Shown: positions 1 through 7,475 of the stretch, piece by piece
Position numbering within the stretch: position 1 is the first letter of the stretch
How the letters are laid out: each line of letters begins with the position of its first letter
Assembly (NCBI GenBank): GCA_038060895.1
Contig: JBBTCT010000046.1
Location: 1-13,307 of the forward strand
Reading direction: 5' to 3'
Source: Planctomycetota bacterium
GTDB lineage: Bacteria > Planctomycetota > MHYJ01 > WSZJ01
Length of the DNA stretch: 13,307 bases
Notes under the pieces: model-generated
The model's input: the letters and a program-made list of their open reading frames with translations, nothing else
The model's database searches: none
What the model was told of the DNA's origin: nothing
Position numbers and translations under genes: made by a program

Positions 1-1
1 G

Positions 2-628
2 GGGCTGGGCGCGCACAACGAGGACCCGAGCCTGCCCGGGTACACGGAAGAAGGTGCGCGCGCCGGCCACCAGAGCGACATCGGGATGTCCCCGCCGCCG
101 CAGGCGATGAAGGGAATGCTCGGGACGTTTTACCACCGGGTTCCGCTTCTGCATCCCGACCTGCGAAAAGTAGGAATCGGCTACTCGAAGCTGGCTTCCG
201 GGGGCGGATGGGGGCGCGGGCGGTGCGTGATCGACTACTCGGGGGTGGGTGAGAAGGACGAGAAAGTTCAGCGCGTGGTCGGATATCCGCCCGACAAGGC
301 GACCGGCGTGCAGGTCAGGTTTGACAACGAGAGCCCGGATCCGATTCCGCCGGGGGAAGACGAAGAGGCGGGGATGCCCGTGACGCTGGCCTGGGTCGAT
401 GGCGAAAAGATCACCGATGCGGCCGTCGAGCTCACCGAGGGCGGCATCAAGGTTGACGGGTACCTCTCCAGTCCGGAGCACCCCGCCCGGTCCGACTTCC
501 CGAACGAGGCGATCTGTTTCATCCCGAAGAATGCCCTGAGCGGGAACACGAAATTCCACGTCAAGGTCTCGGCGAAGGTGAACGACGAACCGTTCGTGAG
601 GGAGTGGGATTTCACGACGGCGAGATAG
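2..628 (+). CDS. CAP/SCP-domain protein with a C-terminal Ig-like beta domain, 5'-truncated
   Basis: The frame of the 86..628 ORF is open back to position 2 (GLGAHNEDPSLPGYTEEGARAGHQSDIGM...), so the gene starts outside the window. HxExP..PGYTxEG..AG and TFYHRVPLLHPDLRKVGIG match bacterial CAP domain motifs. The C-terminal YPPDKATGV...ICFIPKNALSGNTKFHVKV...WDFTT resembles the Ig-like module often fused to them. Confidence 0.75.
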   Translation, partial: GLGAHNEDPSLPGYTEEGARAGHQSDIGMSPPPQAMKGMLGTFYHRVPLLHPDLRKVGIGYSKLASGGGWGRGRCVIDYSGVGEKDEKVQRVVGYPPDKATGVQVRFDNESPDPIPPGEDEEAGMPVTLAWVDGEKITDAAVELTEGGIKVDGYLSSPEHPARSDFPNEAICFIPKNALSGNTKFHVKVSAKVNDEPFVREWDFTTAR

Positions 629-2417
629 GCCGGGCCGGAGGGATTCCCCGGCCGAGCACCTCGGCCGTCAGGGCCGTCGCGATCATCGCGTGTTTCTTCT
701 GCCACTCGTCGGGTTCGTGAAAACCCATCGTGTGGGCGGAGTACCGCAGCAGCGCGACATGATAGTGCTCCATCGATGTCACTCCCGCGCACAGCTCCCG
801 GGCCCATCCGCGGACGCGCGAGACCCCGGCGTGGATCCGCGCGAGCGCAGCGTCGGTCGCGAGAACCGCGGGAAGCGGGCCCGGAGGTTCGGCCAGCGAT
901 TCCTGCGCGAGCAGGAATTCCTCGTACAGCCGCATCCGCTTCAAGGCAGCGTCATCAGGCACCGGCAAAAGGATGAACTTGAGATCGTTCTCCAGCTTCG
1001 CGCAATCCTTCAGCGCATGGGCCGGCCCGGTGTGGAAATAGTCGATCAGCCATGAGTTCCCCGCGTCGTCCACGAGGACGTTCGCGAGATTGAGATCCCC
1101 GTGCACCCACGCCACCGGCGCATCCTGCGGGTCGCGCTTCAGCAGCTCTGGAATGCGATCGTAGAATTTCCGCAAATCCGGCAGGCCCAGCACCGCTCTA
1201 CCGAGCTGCTCGGCCCTCTCGACCGTGTGCTTCGCGTATTCGGGCTTGAACTGGTAATGCTGGAAGAGCTGGATCCGGTCCCTGACGGGCGACTGGGACA
1301 GCCGGACCAGGATATCGTCCCAGAGCTGGTCGAATAACTCCTCGATCTCAGCCGGGGTCGGAGCCCGCTTCACCCGCGACTGGAGCGTCTCGACGGCGGA
1401 GTGGTGCATCGAGGCGTAGAAATACTTGATGGCGCCGCGCGTCGCGAGATCCGCGAAATCGGACATGGCCGGGGCGGATGAGCCCAGGACGTTCTCGACG
1501 CGCTCGACGGCTGCGCGCTCCCTCGCGATCTTCTCGAGCGAGTCCGTCTTGACGACGAAGGGAACCTCCCGGCGCCCTTCCTGGTCCACGCTCTCGGTCC
1601 GGAACACACGGGCGCCGCTGAACCCGCCCGACAGGCTCTTCAGTTTCACGGACCTGCAATCGCGAAAAAGGTGCCGTACGAGGCCGGCATCCTCGCCCTC
1701 GACCGGGTCGCCCTCCACGCGGACTCCATAGCCGGTCGCCGGTGCCCGCGCCGGCTCGGCGCCGACGCCGAGGGTGCGAAGGAATTCCGGGATCCCGTCG
1801 ACGACGCGGACCGCGAGGTTCTGCGAGAGGAGGTCAAGGGCCTGGAAATGACGGACCCGGGAGCGGCTCGCGCAAAGCGCGGAGCAGAGGACGATGTTCT
1901 CGATGCCGAAGCGCGTGAGCAGGTCGTAGGCGAGGTACTGCACCTTGACGTCGGTCCACACTCCGATGATCCCGGCAACGGCTTCCGGCGGAGCGGTCGT
2001 CCCGAGCTGGCTCCGGAGGCGAGGGGCTAGGTCGGTCCCCTCGAAGTCGTTGAGCACCGTCGAGTTCACGGTCAGCGTTCGCGCGTGGCCGGCGGAAAGT
2101 TCCGCCAGCGGATCGACGTAGGCGGCGCCGGGCGTGTCCTTGAGGCAGTGCGTGCCGAAATGGGCGAGATGGTGCGCCTGCGCCGGGTCCGAGGCGTCGT
2201 GCCAGTCGCGGATGTGCACGACCGTGTGCTCAGGTCCGGCGCCCTCGTAAAAGGCGCGCAGGAATCGCCCGAGCGGACCCGTCCGCGGCTCGTCCCCGAC
2301 GAGGCGATGGGATTCAGCAGCGCCGATGTGAAGCTGGTTCGGGATCGGCCGCCCTGCCGTGACCGGCGCGACGAAGTCGTTCTGGAGGCACTGCGTGAAG
2401 AGGAAGAATCGTGGCAC
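612..2417 (-). CDS. Isochorismatase/nicotinamidase-fold domain fused to an APH-like (TCAD9-like) phosphotransferase domain, 601 aa
   Basis: GTG start at 2417 with AGGA 7 nt upstream. Residues ~1-216 carry PncA-like motifs LQNDF, RDWH, GTHCLKDTPGA and GVWTD. Residues ~245-590 carry the Gly loop LSGGFSG, VVK290, E300, HGDLNLAN (D441, N446), WLID459 and HxxxDxAKLE. Confidence 0.88.
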   Translation of the reverse strand: MPRFFLFTQCLQNDFVAPVTAGRPIPNQLHIGAAESHRLVGDEPRTGPLGRFLRAFYEGAGPEHTVVHIRDWHDASDPAQAHHLAHFGTHCLKDTPGAAYVDPLAELSAGHARTLTVNSTVLNDFEGTDLAPRLRSQLGTTAPPEAVAGIIGVWTDVKVQYLAYDLLTRFGIENIVLCSALCASRSRVRHFQALDLLSQNLAVRVVDGIPEFLRTLGVGAEPARAPATGYGVRVEGDPVEGEDAGLVRHLFRDCRSVKLKSLSGGFSGARVFRTESVDQEGRREVPFVVKTDSLEKIARERAAVERVENVLGSSAPAMSDFADLATRGAIKYFYASMHHSAVETLQSRVKRAPTPAEIEELFDQLWDDILVRLSQSPVRDRIQLFQHYQFKPEYAKHTVERAEQLGRAVLGLPDLRKFYDRIPELLKRDPQDAPVAWVHGDLNLANVLVDDAGNSWLIDYFHTGPAHALKDCAKLENDLKFILLPVPDDAALKRMRLYEEFLLAQESLAEPPGPLPAVLATDAALARIHAGVSRVRGWARELCAGVTSMEHYHVALLRYSAHTMGFHEPDEWQKKHAMIATALTAEVLGRGIPPARPISPS

Positions 2418-2424
2418 CGGGGAA

Positions 2425-2428
2425 TCCT
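2425..2428 (-). promoter_or_regulatory. Probable Shine-Dalgarno (AGGA) overlapping the upstream TAG stop
   Basis: The minus strand reads AAG-TAG-GATTCCCCG-GTG. AGGA overlaps the stop of the cyclase gene and lies 7 nt before the GTG, and the intergenic gap is 9 nt. This suggests translational coupling. Confidence 0.5.
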
Positions 2429-5400
2429 ACTTCAGCTCCGCGAGAAGGCGCTCGAATTGACCTGCCTGGAGAATGGCGCCCGCCTCCCGCGCCCGGCGCA
2501 GGCCCTCGCCTGCAAGCTCACGGGCCCTTGCCGCATCTCCCGCGCCTTGCCGGATCCGTGCTTCGTCCGATAGCAGGCGCATCCGGTCGCGGAAGGGAAC
2601 GCGAGCGAGCGGACAGATCGAGGAGAGCGTTTCGATGATGCGGAGCGCTTGCGCGCCTTTCCCCGCCCTGGCTTCCAGCAGTGCTTTCGTGGCCGCGGCT
2701 AGCAGGCGGCCGATCGGATCGTGCATCGCGTCGGCGTCGCGCTCGGCCGCCGCCAGGGCGTCTTCGGCGCCGTGTCGGCTTAGAGAATCACGGAAGCGCG
2801 CCACGAGGGTATGCGCGCGTACGCCATCGACCAGGCATCGTCCGCCCGCAAACTTCCGGGTGGCCGCCTCGAATGACGCGAGAGCTTCCTCTGGCCGCCC
2901 GCGAGACTCGGCGATTTCGCCACGGACAATCTCTACGCCTGCCTGGATCTGCGGCCGGCCGCTCTCGGAAGCAAGGAGAGCGGCCTCCTCCACGAGTTGG
3001 AGAGCTTCAGCGCAACGGCCTGTGTCCAGGAGCGCCTGCGCCTTGCCCGAGAGCGCCACCACGAGGTCGGCCTTGAGATTCAGGCCTCGCGCCAGCCCTG
3101 CAGCCACTTCGAACGAGGCCGCCGCTTGGTCCGGGATGCCCTGCGCCGCCCTGCAGAGTCCCGCGATCCAGTGTATCTCCGTGATCTCCTCGGCCGGGTT
3201 GAGCCCGCGCGACAACTCCAGGGCCTTCTGCACCGATTTCTCCGCCCGGTCGAATTCCCCCCGCCTGCAATGCCCATCCGCCGCCGTTCCGAGCGTCCGG
3301 ATCGCGTTGAGTTTTTCTCCCGCCGCCTCAAAGACCTCCATGGCGCGCTGCAGGTGCGCCACGGACTCCGAGTCCATCCCGAGCTCGCCCTCAACACGAC
3401 CGAGGACACGCAAGGCAATACCGACAAGCCTCGGCGACGCGACGCTCTCGCGGATCTGGAGCGCCTTGCGGGCCAGCGGAAGAGCCCGCGCGTGCTCCCC
3501 GCATGCCTCAAGGATGCTGGTGCAGCGGACGAGCATGATGGCTTGCGATTCGGGAGCCGTCGCTCTGTCGAGCGCGAGGATTTCCTCGACGAGCTGGATG
3601 CCGTCGTGCCGCCGGCCGGTCGTCGCGTCGAGCTCAGCCAGCATCGCCAGGGCAATGACTTCGCTGGGAGTGTCGCCCGCGGCGCGGTGCAGCCGAAGCG
3701 CTTCGGTCAGGTCTGCGCGCGCTTCAACTTCCTTCCCAAGTCCCGAATTTGCCTGCGCCCGCTGTACGAGCGTAGTCCCGATGCGCTGCCGGCATCCGGC
3801 GTCGAGGCGAAGTTTTATCGAGCGGTCGCACGCTTCGACGGCCTGCGCGTGCCGGCTGACTGCGATGTAGACCATGGCGATGTTGTGCTCGCAGGCGGCC
3901 TGGCCCAGGACGTGGCCGGCCTGGCGCGAGAATTCCGCGGCCTTCGCGTAACCGTCGAGTGCATCGGTGGTGTTCCCGTTGTGCCAGGCGCGGATGCCCC
4001 GGATGTTCCAGGCCGAGGATCGCAGCTCGAGCCAGGCCGGTTCCGGGAGGAGGCCACGCGATTCGTCCAGCAGCTGCTCCGCGACGGGAAGCCCTTTGTC
4101 GATTTCTGCCCAGCAATTCAGCAACTGATGGTTGGAGAGGCGGACCATGACGACCCGAAGCCGATCGACCGGCGTGAGGGGGGCGGTGTCGACGGCGGAC
4201 ATCCGGAGAAGCGCTTCGGCCGACCGGCCCTGCCCCTGCTCGGCGCCGGCCGCGAGAAATTCGAAAGCCACTCGCTCGCCGGGCGAGAGCCCTGGTTGTG
4301 CCAGCGCACGCGCGCAGACTTCCAGGGCCTCCGCGTAGCGTGTGAATGCCGAAAGTGCGCGAGCCCCGGCCAGCGCGGCAGGGCGCGTAAAACGGAGCGA
4401 GAGGGCCGCGAGAGCGTACTCCGCCACTTCGCCGACCGCGCGCGCCTCGTCCGCCTCGACCGCTGCCGACTCCCATCGCGACGCAGCGCCCGCTTCGTCG
4501 CCCGCGAGGCGCAACTGTTCGGCCGACATGGCGCGCAGCCTGCGGCCGCCCGTCGGCGCCCGTGCCTCGAGCGCCGCGGCCCCCGCCGTATGCAGGCGCT
4601 GGCGGTCTTTTCTCGGAAGCAGGGAGTAGGCGGCATCGCGTAGCAGCGCGTGCCGGAAAGCCAGCTGACGTTCACCAGGCACGAGCGAAGATGGCTGCAC
4701 CATCAGGAGTTCCCGGCGAAGCGCCTCTTCGAACGAACCTGAAACCTCGACGCCTGCTGTTTCGGCGACCAGGGCCGGCCAGAACGCCCGACCGAATGCG
4801 CTCGCCGCCTTCAGCGCTTCGCGAACTGCGGTCGGCTGCTCGTCGAGACGGGAGACAAGCAGGCCGAGGAGGGAGTCGGGAAGGGATTTCGCGTCCAGAC
4901 CCGCGGGGTGTGAGAGGATGGCGCGGGCCAGTTCTTCGATGAAGTAGGGATGCCCGCCGGCCCGCTCGATCACCTGGCGGGCGAGGACCGTGGTGCCGCG
5001 AGAGCCGAGGAGCGAGAGAGCGAGGCGTTCCGACGCGTCGTGGCCGAGGTCGCCCAGTGCGATGCGCTCGAAGCCGACGGGGATGGCAGGGCCGGGTCGC
5101 CTGGTCGCGATGATGACGACGGGCATGCGGGCGAGGCGCACCGCGAGCTGGGCAAGAAGTGCGAGCGTTCCGGCGTCTGCCCAATGGAGGTCTTCGAGGC
5201 AGAGGAGGACTGGTCCGCGCAGCGCGCGCGCACGCAACCACTGCACCCATGCCCCGGCGATTTCGTCCGCCGCTCGCGCCGGCTCCAGTTTACCTGTGCG
5301 TGAATCAGGAACCTGGATCCCGATGGAGAGCGCAATCAGTGCCGCCGTATCCTCGCGTTCAACCGCGGAGGTGTCGAGCGCCTCGAGGCCGGCTGCCAGA

Positions 5401-6263
5401 GCCGCCGCAAACCGCAAGGCTTCCCCCGGGGACGATCCGCTCACGCCGGTTTCTGCCCGCACGACTTCCGCCATCGGCCCGAGTGGGGCGCGGACGCCTT
5501 CATAGGCCCGGCCGACGGCCACCCATGCCCGCCGTCCCGATCTTCTGACCCTCGCGCGCATTTCCGCCAGAAGCCGGCTCTTCCCCACGCCTGCCGATCC
5601 TTCCAGCACGAGGAATGCGCCGGTCGCAGCGCCCACCCGCCGCACGAGGTCCTCGAGTTCCGCCTCGCGGCCCACCAGGGCCGTGCCTCGGGCTCCTTCG
5701 ACGTGCTCCGTCTGCCCCGTCAGTTCTTCAATCACCTCGAACGTCTGCACCACCCCTTCGCGGCCCTTCAGCGTCACTTCACCCCTCGGTTCGTATCGGA
5801 ACAGCCTCGCTGCGCCGTCGTGGGTAGCAGACGACACCAGGACGGCCCCCCGCGGGGCCGCTCCCTCCAACCGCTGGGCCACGTTCACAGCATCCCCCAT
5901 CGCGGTCGCCGCGGAGCCGCCGACGCTTCCCCAGAGAACCTCCCCCGTGTTCACTCCGACGCGCATCGCGAGCTCGAGGCCGCGTTCCCGGTTGAACGAG
6001 ACAAGTTCGCGTTGAAGAGCCAGCCCGGCGCGGACGGCGCGGGCGGGGTCGTCGGCATGGGCGACGGGCGCGCCGAAGACGGCCATGACCGCGTCCCCGA
6101 TGAACTTGTCGACGGTGCCGCCGAGGGACTCGATGGCGGCGCGGAAGCGGTGGAAGAGGGCGTCGATGGTGTCGGCGACGTCCTCAGGGTCCATGCGTTC
6201 CGAGAGGCGCGTGAAGCCGGAGAGGTCGGAGAAGAGGATGGAGACGATTCGGCGTTCGCGCAT
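2427..6263 (-). CDS. Class III adenylate cyclase - STAND (AAA_16-type) ATPase - TPR repeat protein, ~1278 aa
   Basis: Numbered from ATG 6263 (alternative ATG 6278): ILFSD13LSGFT, DK53FIGD57, RVGVNTGEV, T120AMGDAVN127VAQR131LE and LK166GR. Then LVGREAEL, Walker A GSAGVGKS, Walker B LLCLEDLHWAD, GGHPYFIEEL and FRHALLRDAAY, followed by several hundred residues of helical TPR-like repeats. The ORF-track start at 6335 translates an intergenic A-tract and is unlikely. Confidence 0.92.
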   Translation of the reverse strand: MRERRIVSILFSDLSGFTRLSERMDPEDVADTIDALFHRFRAAIESLGGTVDKFIGDAVMAVFGAPVAHADDPARAVRAGLALQRELVSFNRERGLELAMRVGVNTGEVLWGSVGGSAATAMGDAVNVAQRLEGAAPRGAVLVSSATHDGAARLFRYEPRGEVTLKGREGVVQTFEVIEELTGQTEHVEGARGTALVGREAELEDLVRRVGAATGAFLVLEGSAGVGKSRLLAEMRARVRRSGRRAWVAVGRAYEGVRAPLGPMAEVVRAETGVSGSSPGEALRFAAALAAGLEALDTSAVEREDTAALIALSIGIQVPDSRTGKLEPARAADEIAGAWVQWLRARALRGPVLLCLEDLHWADAGTLALLAQLAVRLARMPVVIIATRRPGPAIPVGFERIALGDLGHDASERLALSLLGSRGTTVLARQVIERAGGHPYFIEELARAILSHPAGLDAKSLPDSLLGLLVSRLDEQPTAVREALKAASAFGRAFWPALVAETAGVEVSGSFEEALRRELLMVQPSSLVPGERQLAFRHALLRDAAYSLLPRKDRQRLHTAGAAALEARAPTGGRRLRAMSAEQLRLAGDEAGAASRWESAAVEADEARAVGEVAEYALAALSLRFTRPAALAGARALSAFTRYAEALEVCARALAQPGLSPGERVAFEFLAAGAEQGQGRSAEALLRMSAVDTAPLTPVDRLRVVMVRLSNHQLLNCWAEIDKGLPVAEQLLDESRGLLPEPAWLELRSSAWNIRGIRAWHNGNTTDALDGYAKAAEFSRQAGHVLGQAACEHNIAMVYIAVSRHAQAVEACDRSIKLRLDAGCRQRIGTTLVQRAQANSGLGKEVEARADLTEALRLHRAAGDTPSEVIALAMLAELDATTGRRHDGIQLVEEILALDRATAPESQAIMLVRCTSILEACGEHARALPLARKALQIRESVASPRLVGIALRVLGRVEGELGMDSESVAHLQRAMEVFEAAGEKLNAIRTLGTAADGHCRRGEFDRAEKSVQKALELSRGLNPAEEITEIHWIAGLCRAAQGIPDQAAASFEVAAGLARGLNLKADLVVALSGKAQALLDTGRCAEALQLVEEAALLASESGRPQIQAGVEIVRGEIAESRGRPEEALASFEAATRKFAGGRCLVDGVRAHTLVARFRDSLSRHGAEDALAAAERDADAMHDPIGRLLAAATKALLEARAGKGAQALRIIETLSSICPLARVPFRDRMRLLSDEARIRQGAGDAARARELAGEGLRRAREAGAILQAGQFERLLAELK

Positions 6264-6273
6264 GGGGAGGGCA

Positions 6274-6279
6274 ATCATA
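6274..6279 (-). promoter_or_regulatory. Candidate -10 element TATGAT for the cyclase-STAND operon
   Basis: The minus strand reads GC-TATGAT-TGCCCTCCCC-ATG(6263). It is a 5/6 match to TATAAT in very GC-rich DNA, with no Shine-Dalgarno and no clear -35. Confidence 0.4.
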
Positions 6280-6319
6280 GCGGGGAGGGGAGTGCTGGGG
6301 AGAACGGCCAGGGCGAAAG

Positions 6320-6347
6320 GAAAAACGAAAAACAAAAAACGAAAAGG
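6320..6347. repeat. Imperfect 7-bp A-rich tandem repeat (4 units) in the divergent intergenic region
   Basis: GAAAAAC (6320-6326), GAAAAAC (6327-6333), AAAAAAC (6334-6340), GAAAAGG (6341-6347), read directly from the sequence. Confidence 0.8.
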
Positions 6348-6362
6348 CTGACGGGCGCGGGC

Positions 6363-6368
6363 TATTCT
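6363..6368 (+). promoter_or_regulatory. Candidate -10 element TATTCT, possibly for a leaderless transcript
   Basis: GGC-TATTCT-TTCGCG-ATG(6375): a TAnnnT hexamer 6 nt before the start codon, with no Shine-Dalgarno. Confidence 0.4.
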
Positions 6369-6374
6369 TTCGCG

Positions 6375-7475
6375 ATGCCTTCAAGACGCATGCCATGGGA
6401 CTCGCCGAAGAACGCCTTCACCCGGTTGCTCGAGGAAAAGCGCGCTGCGGGGGCGCGGCTCATCGACCTGACCCTCTCGAACCCGACGAAGGCAGGAATC
6501 GCGTACCCAGGAGTGGAAATCCTCGACGCGCTCCGGGACGAGAGGGCCCTGGTCTACGAGCCCGATCCGCGCGGACTCCGGGACGCGCGGGAAGCGGTCG
6601 CAGCCGAGTACGGAGTTTCACCGGACGCGGTTCTGCTCACCGCCAGCACGAGCGAGTCCTACTCGCTGCTGTTCAAGATGCTCTGCGACCCCGGCGATTC
6701 GATTCTCGCGCCTCAGCCGTCCTATCCGCTTTTTGATCACCTCGCGGCCCTCGAGGGAGTTCAGATCCAGCCGTATCCGCTGGAGCGGGAACGCGACTGG
6801 CAAGCCGGGTTTCCAGCCTCGACAAATGCCAGGGCGATCCTCGCGGTCAGCCCCAACAACCCGACCGGTTCGTGGTTCGGCTCCAAGGAGGATCTCTCCC
6901 ACGTTCGTCGGCTCGGTCTGCCGCTGATCGTCGACGCCGTCTTCGCGGAGTACCCGTTCGGAGTCGCGCCCCCACCGCCCCGGGAATCGAGGGACCTGGA
7001 CGTCTTTACCCTCGGAGGCCTGTCGAAATCCGCGGGACTTCCGCAGATGAAGCTGGGTTGGATTCTCGCGACAGGCCCGGGAGCGCACGCGGCTCTTGAG
7101 CGTCTCGCGGCAATCGCGGATGCCTACCTCTCGGTTTCCGCTCCCGTCATGCGCGCGGCGCCCAGGCTGCTTGCGCTCGCGCCCCGGATCCGTGCGCGCA
7201 TCGCCGCCCGCACGCTCGCCAACCTCGACGCACTGCGCGCATCCGTGGGAGACCGTCTTCTGAAACCCGGAGGCGGCTGGTACGCCGTCGTGGGACCCTG
7301 CGCCGGGCGTTCCGACGAGACGTGCGCGCTCAAACTGCTGCGGGACGACGGCACGATCGTGCACCCCGGATACTTCTTCGATTTCCCTGTCAACGGGTAC
7401 CTCGTCGTCAGCCTGCTGGCACCGGAAGCGGAGTTTCGCGAAGGCTCGGCCCGACTGGCGTCCCACCTGCTCTAG
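6375..7475 (+). CDS. PLP-dependent aminotransferase class I/II family protein (fold type I), 366 aa
   Basis: Begins MPSRRMPWD...IDLTLSNPT. Motifs are YEPDPRGLRDAREAVA, LTASTSESY, PQPSYP, SPNNPTG, LIVDAVFAEY and GGLSK218SAGLPQMKLGW (Schiff-base Lys). The ORF-track portion 5703-6374 is mostly antisense to the cyclase gene and is excluded. Confidence 0.9.
   Translation: MPSRRMPWDSPKNAFTRLLEEKRAAGARLIDLTLSNPTKAGIAYPGVEILDALRDERALVYEPDPRGLRDAREAVAAEYGVSPDAVLLTASTSESYSLLFKMLCDPGDSILAPQPSYPLFDHLAALEGVQIQPYPLERERDWQAGFPASTNARAILAVSPNNPTGSWFGSKEDLSHVRRLGLPLIVDAVFAEYPFGVAPPPPRESRDLDVFTLGGLSKSAGLPQMKLGWILATGPGAHAALERLAAIADAYLSVSAPVMRAAPRLLALAPRIRARIAARTLANLDALRASVGDRLLKPGGGWYAVVGPCAGRSDETCALKLLRDDGTIVHPGYFFDFPVNGYLVVSLLAPEAEFREGSARLASHLL

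Noticed and set aside
633-653. Hairpin GGCCGG...CCGGCC just after the CAP gene stop, as an intrinsic terminator
   Set aside because: There is no U-tract on either side and it lies inside the opposite CDS. Such stems are common in GC-rich DNA.
2473-4643. Long plus-strand ORFs 2473..3870 and 2997..4643
   Set aside because: They are antisense shadows of the cyclase-STAND-TPR gene with no recognisable motifs. Long stop-free frames are expected at this GC content.
2427-6263. Assignment to Pycsar, CBASS or a named Avs type
   Set aside because: The cyclase has adenine-type residues, there is no cNMP-binding TIR or transmembrane effector, no CD-NTase, and no nuclease, Sir2 or protease effector domain.
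5703-6374. Apparent 224-aa N-terminal extension of the aminotransferase
   Set aside because: It is antisense to the cyclase domain and crosses the intergenic A-tract. Family similarity starts at ATG 6375.
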